NCBI GenBank assembly: GCA_951406725.2 | Contig: OX597824.1 | Location: 2,914,001 to 2,978,000, forward strand | Direction: 5' to 3' | Origin: Octopus vulgaris | Taxonomy: Eukaryota | Length of the DNA: 64,000 nt | In this document: positions 53,736-64,000 of the stretch, piece after piece | Position numbering within the stretch: the first letter of the stretch is position 1 | Layout: each line of letters starts with the position of its first letter | Position numbers and translations under genes: made by a program | Notes under the pieces: model-generated | What the model was told of the DNA's origin: nothing | Seen by the model: the letters and a program-made list of their open reading frames with translations, nothing else | The model's database searches: none

Positions 53736-55069
53736 GCTTATTTTAGCAGTCTTAGTATTATTGTGGTGTTTTATATGCAGATTCGGACGCAGCTCTGCTC
53801 CTGGGGTTTGTGTATTTTTCTCCCCGTTTATGTTATACAGGACGTATTCTATGTTATTAGTTCTGCCATGTCTTGCGATGCTCCATTGTAGAAGTCCTGG
53901 AGTTTTCATTTTGCACTTGTCTGCATACAATCCCTACCGCTCATGTTATAAGAAAAGCCTGTTTCCAATTCCCGTGCTATGTTTATCTCTATCTGCAGGT
54001 CATATATTTAAATATTTTCTCCGTTTCCTTTATTAGACATTATCATGTTTAGGACTTATAGGTCAATTTGGAGTGATTTCCTTTCACTGTCATCTTTAAC
54101 AATATTCTGTCCATGATCAAACCGTCTCAAATAGATTTTTATATCCCATAATACGGTCGATTAGCTATTCCTTGACACATCTTCCTATGTATTTATATAT
54201 CATCACTTTGCTGTCTGTATTCCGAAATGCTGATATAATTTCCAATCTCTCAATAAATGGCCGAACACAGTCATGCTTGTAAATCTATTCTTGACAAATG
54301 CTAGGCAATCAGACGTTATTTTTATCTCCTCCTTTCATATATCCTCCAGTTACCGATATTCTGTTTCACGACATATTTTCGGTTGTTCGGCTGGAAGATA
54401 ATGCTTCTGTGTTGCACCAGAATTCTGCCAGTCTCAACTTTCACTCCTGCGCTTTTCGGAAAACTAGTGGCCATGGATGGGATTACCTTGAGATACATTT
54501 TTAGTCGCATTCTGTAGTCCGGTTTTCAGTTGGATTTTAGTTGATGAACAGATTCTGTTGAGTTTTCTTTTTTCCTTACTGTTACTTCTGCATCTAATTA
54601 ATATTTGTTGGCTTCCAAGAAGAGAGAAAGCAGTTTATTATTTACTTTGTGTTTTGTAGCTTTTCCTATTATTTTTCAATCATGGCGATACTAGATATTT
54701 GCATAGCCTCACAGTAGATGTTTTATGATAATCTCCTGGTTGAAAATATAATCTTTCTGCGTTGGGTTTTGGGTGGCGAGTTATTAATACTGTAATAAAT
54801 TGTCTTCTGTTTTTTTATATATCGACTTAGCGATTCTATTACGTCTTTGAGTAACATAATATCATTGTTTCGATAAATTTTCTCCTATGAAAAGTTGCAA
54901 TGGCATGTTCTTCGGTTTCGAATTTTATATGAATTTCTTTAATAAATCTGTATACTTTCTGTAGTAATGATGCAGCGCATTCTTATTCATACACAGCCTC
55001 CGATTTAAAGGTAGTCTTGTACCTTTTCCTCACCTTTCTCAGAGACCTTAAAGATATAAGGTCTGGGAA

Positions 55070-55290
55070 GGCGGCGAGTTGGCAGAAACGTTAGCACGCC
55101 GGGCGAAATGCGTAGCCGTATTTCGTCTGCCGTTACGTTCTGAGTTCAAATTCCACCGAGATCGACTTTGCCTTTCATCATTTCGGGGTCGATAAATTAA
55201 GTACCACTTACGCACTGGGGTCGATGTAATCCGTTTGTCTGTCCTTGCTTGTCCTCTCTGTGTTTAGCCCGTTGTGGGTAGGAGTGAAAT
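55070..55290 (+). mobile_element. SINE family A, full length, with 14-bp TSD
   Basis: TSD AGATATAAGGTCTG at 55052-55065 and 55291-55304. Confidence 0.9.
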
Positions 55291-55601
55291 AGATATAAGG
55301 TCTGAGGTGTTGTTCTTCCTTCTCAGCTTAATACGCAAAGAAACAAACAAGAGAAAGTCTATATTTTATATATTTTATATATTCTGTCTGTAATGTAAAT
55401 TGTCAGGAATTATTAAGTATAATACGTTCATTCTATTCCCACTCGGTTAGATTCCAATGTTCTATTCTGTTCTTTTCTTGCATTCGCTCTGTCAATAGAA
55501 GGTTCACTTTCAACTAAGTTTCTGAGGTGAACTTCAGACAATATTCATAATATTGGTGATGGTGGTGGTGGTGGTGTCGGCGGTGATGATGATGATGATG
55601 A

Positions 55602-55770
55602 TTTCAAATTTTGGCACAAGGCCAGCAATTTCGGGGGTGGGCTAAGTCGACTATATCGATCCCAGTGCTCAACTGTTACTCATTTTATCGACCCTGTAAA
55701 GATAAAAGGCAAAGTCGACCTCGCCTGAATTTGAACTCAGAAGGTCAAGATAGATGAAATGCAGCTAAGT
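55602..55770 (-). mobile_element. Older SINE, family A head with tail B ending in (ATC)n
   Basis: Minus strand TTCTGAGTTCAAATTC..GGGTCGATAAAATGAG..AATTGCTGGCCTTGTGCCAAAATTTGAAATCATC. Confidence 0.7.
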
Positions 55771-56116
55771 ATTGTGGTGGTGGGATTCTGCTGTTGAAAA
55801 TGTTGCGTTAATGACTGTTGTTGCAGCTTCTGGCCTTCGTGTGGTGGTGGTGGTGGTGGTGGTAGCAGAGCCGCCGTTTCTCAAGCTCTATTTTGTTGAT
55901 TTTGTGAGCAGTCGACCTTCAAATGAACGTCAGACCTACAAGTGTGCACCTTAGCTTTCTGCCAATATGGTTGTGATGCATGTGCCTGGTGTACCCTTAT
56001 CAGACGGGTAGTCATGATGAGTATACTAAACGTCGTATATTTTACCCCAGTGTCACTTTGATGGCATGCACTGTTCTCTCACTCAATAATAATAATGATG
56101 ATAATTCAATGGAAAC

Positions 56117-57121
56117 TGTTTGTCTGAGCTCAGCTCTTACAAAAGTTGCTTTATCACACTTCATCGAGGCCAAGTGGGGCACGGAGGACTAGATACTGCG
56201 ACTTGTGTGCAAACATGAAAGCAGCAAAAAGTCACATTCTATTGTCAAGGAAGCTTATAAATTCGTAAGGGAACTTGAAACCACTGCCACCAAGCATGCA
56301 AAACGAATCAAGCAAAGTAGAACGGGCATAAAAAAAATTATGAGTGGTGGATCCAAAAGCCCTGCATGGGCAGTATATACTTCGTTGTCGAAATGCTGAC
56401 GTAGACTAAGCAACAACCCATCAGTGGATGAGAAGTTCAGAACTGAAAGCATAGACTGAAGGTTTCATATTGGCGGCACAAGATCAAAACTTGCTCACAA
56501 AAAACTACCAGGTTAACGTTCTTCAAAACGGTTCTGACCCTAAATGCAGACTCTGTGGCACAGTTGACGAAACAATAGACCATCTCATCTCAGGGTGTCC
56601 TGTGCTGACACCAAACGAATACAAATATAGCCACGATTGTGTAGGGCAGTATTTACACTGAAACATATGTAAATACAATAAAATCGGTACTCATGTTTAC
56701 TGGTATGAACATCATCCTGAACCAGTCGTTGAAGATAACAATGTCCCTATCATCTGGAATTGTTCATTCAATACTGACAGAAGAACCCAGGCTAATCGAA
56801 AGACATAATTATTATGTGTGATTATATGTACAATTGCTCTAAAAATAGTATTAAAATTACTTGTACGTATATGAATTAATAATATTAGGTCCTTGGGAAC
56901 AGTATCAGAAGACATCAAGAGGAATATAAAGAAATTGGAATACTGTGCCCAGTGGAACTGTTACAAAAGGTTTTCCTCCTTGGCACGGCCAGAATAATCA
57001 GGAAAGTATTAGATATTTGTTGAAAAGAACAAATATCGGGGTAAGGTAGGCTGCGGGTAGCAAGCCCGCTACGTATGCAAGACTTCAGGAGCTCCAAACA
57101 AAACCTGTGATGGAAAGAAAA

Positions 57122-57125
<4 letters not shown>
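56117..57125 (+). mobile_element. R4/Dong-like LINE 3' remnants (CCHC finger, RLE start, 3' UTR) between (AAT)n tracts
   Basis: LHGQY, EGFILAAQDQ, CRLCGTVDETIDHLISGCP, WYEHHPEPV, LQKVFLLGTARIIRKVLD, followed by (AAT)n. Confidence 0.8.
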
Positions 57126-57212
<87 letters not shown>

Positions 57213-57508
57213 AAGAAGAAGAAGAAGAAGAAGAAGAAGAAAAGAAGAAGAAGGAGGAGAAGAAGAAGAAGAAGAAGAAGAAGAAGAAGAAAAAGAAGAA
57301 GAAGAAGAAGAAAAAGAAGAAGAAGAAGAAGAAGAAGAAGAAGAAGAAGAAGAAGAAGAAGAAAAAAGAAGAAGAAGGAGGAGGAGAAGAAGAAGAAGAA
57401 GAAGAAGAAGAAGAAGAAGAAGAAGAAGGAGAAGAAGAAGAAGAAGAAGAAGAAGAAGAAGAAGAAGAAGAAGAAGAAGAAGAAGAAGAAGAAGAAGAAG
57501 AAGAAGAA
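57120..57508. repeat. (TAA)n followed by (GAA)n microsatellite
   Basis: Direct reading. Confidence 0.95.
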
Positions 57509-57947
57509 TAGCGGACAGATGATAATGGCAGGTAAATAAACATAAGTATAATAATAAAGCACAAATACGGGAAATGTCAGAGTTGAGAAATGTTTGATTC
57601 TAAGTGAATCTGTTAAACTTATTTCCAGTTGAACAGTAATGAAAAAATCCTTTGAAAATTTTCGCTTAAGGCAGCTTTATAACACATCCATTCCATATCT
57701 ATTTTATAAATGGAATCTAAAATTATTTACGGCATAAAGTTTCGTAAAAGTCATTAAATAGAGAATCGAAATATGAAATATATGAAATAACAAATGAAAA
57801 TGGTTCTATTCTTTGTTAACCTATCTTCCTATCTTCCTTTCTCTCTCTCTCTCTCTCTTTCTCTCTCTATGTGTTTATATATATATATTCATATGTCTGT
57901 TTGCGTGCGCGTGCATGTGTGTGTGTGTGTGTGTATAAACACAAACA

Positions 57948-57992
<45 letters not shown>

Positions 57993-57998
<6 letters not shown>

Positions 57999-58612
57999 GA
58001 AATATTAAAATTAATAAGTCTCTCTAAAAGAGAACAGCGGCAGCGTTCCCGGAAAATAATAGTTATCGCCATACTAATATGGCATTCTTATAAAAATAAG
58101 AATAAAGCTGTCCACTTATTAGCTCCATGAGGCCATCGCCTTAAGTTAGCTATTTGATACACAAACTGTATCCATATAACCTTCGAACAAGGGAGGTCAG
58201 TTGCTCCACACTACTTGACCGGCTGCTACAGACGCGTTTCGGGGTATTGCCCCTTTTCAATGCAGCGTAGCCAGCCAGTAGGTGTCGCTTCCGACAATCC
58301 CTGTTTGATGGTTTTATTTACCTAGTTTCGGTGGAATACATCCACTTGTTTTCAATAATAGAAATATTAAAATTACTAAGTCTCTCTAAAAGAGAACAGC
58401 GGCAGCGTTTCCGGAAAATAATAGTTATCGCCATACTAATATGGCATTCTTATAAAAATAAGAATAAAGCTGTGCACTTATTAGCTCCATGAGGCCATCG
58501 CCTTAAGTTAGCTATTTGATACACAAACTGTATCCATATAATAAGTGGACAGCTTTATTCTTATTTTTATAAGAATGCCATATTAGTATGGCGATAACTA
58601 TTATTTTCCGGG
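57993..58612. mobile_element. (TA)n-flanked element: 186-bp direct repeats (57993-58178, 58355-58540; period 362 bp) plus a ~70-bp inverted copy; PLE pLTR or retrozyme-like
   Basis: Repeats read directly; a hammerhead lies between the direct repeats. Confidence 0.8.
58225..58266 (-). ncRNA. Type I hammerhead ribozyme with U3-A8 covariant core
   Basis: Minus strand reads GCTGCA TTGAAAA GGGG-caata-CCCC GAAA CGCG TC TGTAGC: 6-bp stem I (one G-U), 4-bp stem II, palindromic stem III and GUC cleavage triplet. Confidence 0.8.
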
Positions 58613-58700
58613 GAAAAAATCAGATTTAGGATTAAATCCAATTTTATAGTAAAATATTATATAATATTAATTAGAGACAAAATAGTGGTTTTGTCTCTAA

Positions 58701-58777
<77 letters not shown>

Positions 58778-58783
58778 TATCCA

Positions 58784-59600
58784 GATATCCAGGTAGGAGC
58801 TGCCTGACCCAGCTCTTACAGCATTATGACTGGGTGTTGAGGCAGTTATTCAGCAAATCAAATGTGGACGTAATGCACCTTGATTTTGCAAAAGCTTTTG
58901 ACCAGTTGGATCATGGTATGATATTCCACAAACTGCGCGACTTAGGCATAACTGGAAAACTTGGAGAGTGGTTAAGTGACTTTCTGAAAGATAGAAGTCA
59001 GGCAATAGTGGCTAATGGAGACACCTCTACGAACACACAAATAGTGAGCGGTGTTCCACAGGGCACTCTCTTGGGACCACTGCTTTTTATAGTGGCCCTC
59101 TCAGATATGCCCTCAAATGCCCGGATAGCCACCCTTACAAGCTATGCAGATGATACGAAAGTCTCAGAGAACATACAGAACACTAGCGATGTTGCACACC
59201 TGCAGCAGGAGTTGGACTCAATCTACAGATGTGATGAGGATAATTATATGCAGTTTAATGCTGAAAAATTCCAAGATCCTTGAAGGAATTGTGCTAAATT
59301 TTGGCATTGAAAGCTACACCAATGCCAGAACGGGACGATACTGCATAGAGCCAAAGGTCCCGCAATGCCATCACGCTTCAGGACCAGTTACTGCAACAGC
59401 CTGGGTTTCAAGGGCCCACAGCTTTTTAATATTCTCCCAAAGAGTCTGAGGAATTTGCACAAAGTAGATGTAGGGTTTTTTAAATCAAAGCTGGACCTTT
59501 TCCTCTCGAGAGTCCCAGATGAACCTACCTCATGGCAAGAGGTGAAATGAGGGTAGCTCTATCAAACTCCATTCTTCACCAAGTGCGACATATTAGAAGA
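58784..59600 (+). mobile_element. Degenerate CR1-like LINE remnant (RT, internal deletion at ~59270)
   Basis: GRSCLTQLL, DFAKAFD, GVPQGTLLGP, YADD, GPQLFNILPK..LSRVPDEP. Confidence 0.85.
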
Positions 59601-60173
59601 GGCTCTCAGTAATAACTGTAGCAAAACGTCGGTGCATCAGCATGGCCACAGCTCTGAGCTGAAACTACAGAAAAAAAATACGTTACTACGATGTTATACA
59701 ACTTCTTAAAAACGTCATTTGGTGACGCATTAATACAAATACCACTAATACAAATATACAATGCATACATACATACACACACACATACACACATACATAC
59801 ATACATACATACATACATACATACATACATACATACATACATACATACATACATACATACATACATACACGCATACACACACACACACACACACACACAT
59901 AATTATATAGATGTAATTATAACTAAGGGTACTGAGAAACAACACCAACATGCTAGAAACAGACGTCAATTGACTCTACAAACCACACCGGCACTCCATC
60001 TAGCACTTGGCAGAAAGCGAGGGAATGAATAAAAGAGATTTAGCAAAATTTTCCAGAGGTTAATCCTAGATTGAATGATTTCTAGCTTAGCAATAAAAAT
60101 TACCCGGTCTTCGTCACTTCGTCAGTAGAATATACCAAAACAATACTTTAATACAAATATATATATATATATG

Positions 60174-60392
60174 TATTTCGTTTTGGGATTTGGTTTGCAA
60201 GATTCTTTATATGAGTTCGTGTGTTGAAGCATATTCTGTTGTGTCTGGGGAGAGTCATTTTCTTTTTGTGCCTTATAATATAACACACTCACCGGTAAAA
60301 TTTTAGGAAGCTAAGAAGAAAGTGGAAATTTTACCGGTGAGTGTGTTATATTATAAGGCACAAAAAGAAAATGACTCTCCCCAGACACAACA

Positions 60393-60398
<6 letters not shown>
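60174..60398. repeat. (TA)n-flanked palindromic element, same family as 3486-3800
   Basis: Shared TTTGGTTTGCAAGATTCTTTATATGAGTTCG.. sequence; ~74-bp perfect inverted arms spanning 60231-60398. Confidence 0.85.
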
Positions 60399-60450
<52 letters not shown>

Positions 60451-60640
60451 ATAAGTAGATAAATGGTACAACAAGGCACCAATATTTACTGGAAAATAGT
60501 AATCGATACAAATACGACGCTATTGTATACCTTCACTGCGTATATACTAGCAAAGACGCGTGTGTGCAACAAACATGAAAAAAATTGTCTTACCTCAAGG
60601 TAATCTTATAAATGGACAAACCTAGAATTTTGTCGAGGTA

Positions 60641-60713
60641 AATGCAGCTGATGAAGACTAATCAATTTTATGTTGTCAAACGTATTTGAAGAGTCAGAAA
60701 CCGGTCCTGCATT
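60641..60713 (+). ncRNA. Type I hammerhead ribozyme at the apex of a ~420-nt imperfect hairpin (60453-60872)
   Basis: AATGCAG CTGATGA a GACT..AGTC a GAAA CCGG TC CTGCATT: 7-bp perfect stem I, palindromic ACCGGT stem III and GUC triplet. An extra A before GAAA is non-canonical. Confidence 0.75.
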
Positions 60714-60942
60714 ATCCGATTCTAGGTTTTCCATTTATTGAATGTTCTTCCTAGAGGTAAGACAAATGTTTTTCATGTTTGTTGCACACACACATCTTTG
60801 CTAGTATATACGCAGTGAAGCTATACAATAGCGTCGTATTTATTACGATTGCTATTTTCCATTTATCTACTTTTATATGTATAATATTACCCTTATGGGC
60901 TATATTTTACTGGAAAGTAATACATTCGTATTGCATTATTAT

Positions 60943-60999
<57 letters not shown>

Positions 61000-61659
61000 C
61001 CCATACAAATACTTACATATACATACGTATGTATACATATATTCCTATGTATACCCGTGGCCAATCTAATTATTCATCTCACCTGTGCATTTTTGATCAA
61101 AACAACGCTGCAGTGAATATCGTGATCGGAGTGATCCTTATTTATTTATACACAAATAAGGATAAAATCATTATAAAAATAACGAAGTTATCAGTGGCCA
61201 GCATGTAATAGAAACCATACAGGTAAGGCTTAATATAAATGTATATATAAAATGTATATAATTATAGTTGAGGGGAGAGGAACAGCTCCAACATGCTGGA
61301 AATAGATAAGATCGTTATTTTCTTCAAACCTTTTTCAATTTTCTGATTTTTCATACTCTCTACGTTATTACATTGTCTTTCTCTCTCCTTTTCTTCTTCA
61401 TTTCGTCTTAGTTTCTTCTTTTCCTCTCCTTTTCTCTCCTTTCTCCTGTTTTTCCTTCTCTTCACGACTTTTGAACTTTTTGTACTTTCATACTCTCTAC
61501 GTTATTACTTTGCCTTTCTCTCTCTTTTTCTTCCTTTATTCTTTTTTCTTTCTTTTTTTTTCCTTTTTCCAGCTTGCCCGATTACAAATCCTTCTTCCTC
61601 CACCTTCACCACCGCTTAAAGAAACACCTTTCAACGCATCCTTTCAGCTGCTTTCAATT

Positions 61660-62460
61660 TTCTATTAATCTTTCCTTACAGAATTTTAAAAGTTCTCGCT
61701 TCTGTAGACAAGTTTCCTTTCTCAGTCTCTGCCTTCACCCCCACTTCATCCCCAAAGATTTCCGCCTCCATTTCCACCCCACTTTCCACTCTACTTCTGC
61801 CATCCTACCCGTATTCCGTACTACTTCCTACCACTTAATGCGTGCCACCATTCGTTCTAATCTCCCAAAAACACACACCCTTGACCGCCTTCTCCCTCTC
61901 GCGTGTTCCACCTTTTTCTTCTGTCTTTCACATTCCGTTGCACATTCTACTCTAAGCTTCCTAATCCATTTAAATCCTCTTTTCACGAGTTCCTCTCTCG
62001 CATTAAACAACATATACTCCACTCACTCCTTCATTCTGTCCCACTCGACGCCACAACACCCACCCCTCCCCGATACACTTCCCCTCATACTCACCCCACC
62101 CTTCCGTTACTCCAACTCCCCCACGCACTTACTCCACCTCTCTCCCCTCCAAGCATTCCACTGCCCAACCCCTCCCACATCTAATCCATCCACCCCTCCC
62201 CACTTCAGTCTGTTGTTAGCATTCCTCCTGATCTTCCCTTCTCTGATACTGAGCGCTCGCTTCTCAGTAAAGTTCTGCACTTCACTCCCCCCCCACTCCA
62301 TCCAGTAACGAATTTCAGACTCATGCTGATAGTGATAGCTTTGTGAGCCGCGTCAGGCCATATGCACTATTCCACAACACTCCATCTGCATCTAATGAAG
62401 AGGATAGTTTAATTGACCTTGGCTGCCGACCGTCCCTTTGGACACCAGCTTCTGGCCAGA
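61660..62460 (+). mobile_element. Penelope-like element 5' ORF remnant
   Basis: SFLSLCLHPHFIPKDFRLHFHP, then in another frame IPPDLPFSDTERSLLSKVLHFTP..NEF..RVRPYALFH..LWTPASGQ, resembling the pre-RT region of PLE ORFs. Confidence 0.6.
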
Positions 62461-62529
62461 AAGAGAGAGAGGGAGAGAAGAAGAGAGAGAAGCAACATAT
62501 GAGATCGAGAGAATCTCCATATAGGAAAC

Positions 62530-62915
62530 ACCATTACGCGCTCAAAAGGTTTGAACTTACATTCCGAAATCTTTATCGAGGACCAAGATCAAAGACCAAA
62601 TATCAAAATCTTAGAAGAATGTAATCGGCTCCTGTATCTAAAGCTGCTGAGAATTCAGTACAGATGGGTAGAGTAGGTTGTTCGAATGAAAGACGATCGC
62701 ATACCAAAGAGAGTTCAATTATGGCCAACAAGTGGAGGGATATCGTGGTAAAGGAAGACCTGTCCTTGGGTAAAATAATAAGTCGAAGCAATCACTAAAA
62801 TCTCAACAACTTAACTTGACATCTTGGGAAAGTCATTGCCGCGATCGATCTGCGTCGCGTAAAATGTGTCAGGATGCATAAAAACAATTTGAGTTGAAGA
62901 ATCCATCGCAGGTGG
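62530..62915 (+). mobile_element. Degenerate RTE-clade LINE C-terminal remnant
   Basis: QYRWV..VVRMKDDRIPK..YGQ..GRP..WESHC.DRSA matches the RTE motif RWxGHVxRMxDxRxPK. Confidence 0.55.
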
Positions 62916-62947
62916 ATGCAGCTGCTTTTGATCTTTTATTTTTAAAG

Positions 62948-63007
<60 letters not shown>

Positions 63008-63738
63008 AAATTCTCTTCTTCGAAACTCATACGTTGAAATTGATGGAAGTGACCATCATAAACATATAAAAGGATAAAAGAATATATATATATATATATA
63101 TATTTATTTATTCAGATTGTATAGGCTTAGCGGGGAAAAGGTATGGTGTTATGAGCGCAACAGCTGTTTCTGGGAGACCTGAGTTCACCAAAAATTCACA
63201 ACCAATAAAGAAATCAAGCAAACGCTGGACAACACCCAGCCTCCTTCTTCAAGGCGGAGAATAAAGAAGCTAACCTGGTGGAACCCCGAACTATGTGGTC
63301 GGGAAACAAACATTTTAGGACTAACTTATATTTCGCATTTGCTGCTCTTCACCATCTTACACGACTGTAAACATTGCAGACCAAGCTTTCCCCATTTCCT
63401 ACACCAGCAAAGCACTTTCGAGCAGCACGCTTAAGTTCTTCATGCAGAAGACGTGCTCTCTCAAAGGTGTCGAAACCCTCCTTAACCCGCTTCGTCCATC
63501 TGTGGCAGATAATGTACACTTACAAAAAACAGTTATACGTAGTTGCAGAAAGAGAAAAATATCAACAGACGCAGTCAACACGGCTGACAATAGGCTAACA
63601 GGATTAATGTAGAAAACAAGGCGATAGCAATTATCGTTGTAATGAAGAGATGAAATTAAGGGTCATTTAAATTTGGCCAAGACAAGACTAAAAGAAAACT
63701 CGGAAACGCTTAATTAAACAACAGAAGCATTGCTAATA

Positions 63739-63803
<65 letters not shown>

Positions 63804-64000
63804 CGTGCGTGTGGGTTCGAGTGAGTGAGTGTGTGTGTGTGCGTGTATTTGTTGGGGTGAAATCATTAATTCATATACAGATATTAATTCCATCCTATCA
63901 TTTGTAAGTGCAAGACACCTGTATCAAATACACATATAGACACACATCCGGGCATTCAAAGCTTGTGTGGAAGGTTCCTCTGTCCGAAATAGAACGAAAA

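Noticed and set aside
53740-55040. Possible decayed minus-strand RT (GLYAD motif at ~53920)
   Set aside because: Too degenerate to assign or delimit by eye.

Overview
AT-rich, microsatellite-dense eukaryotic intergenic or intronic DNA. The repeat inventory looks like an Octopus-type cephalopod genome (inference from recalled SINE sequences, not a database result). No host protein-coding gene, tRNA, rRNA or CRISPR can be supported, and most listed ORFs are translated microsatellites. Main contents: (1) a near full-length ~6.06 kb Tx1/L1-clade non-LTR retrotransposon (minus, 5312-11371) sitting inside a (GATA)n array, with a broken ORF1 and a 1121-aa APE-RT-CCHC ORF2; (2) a 5'-truncated CR1-like LINE inside a (TATG)n satellite, plus older CR1, R4/Dong-like (RLE), RTE and Penelope-like remnants; (3) many tRNA-derived SINEs, the commonest of which shares its last ~41 nt with the Tx1 element; (4) non-autonomous Helitrons, one carrying a 163-bp near-identical copy of DNA 3 kb away; (5) two TIR MITEs; (6) about nine minimal type I hammerhead-ribozyme motifs in short, mostly (TA)n-flanked inverted or direct repeat elements, two of them at the apex of long hairpins and two with a U3-A8 covariant core. 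The strongest leads are the Tx1-SINE partnership with possible GATA/TAT targeting and the hammerhead-bearing retrozyme or pLTR-like units.
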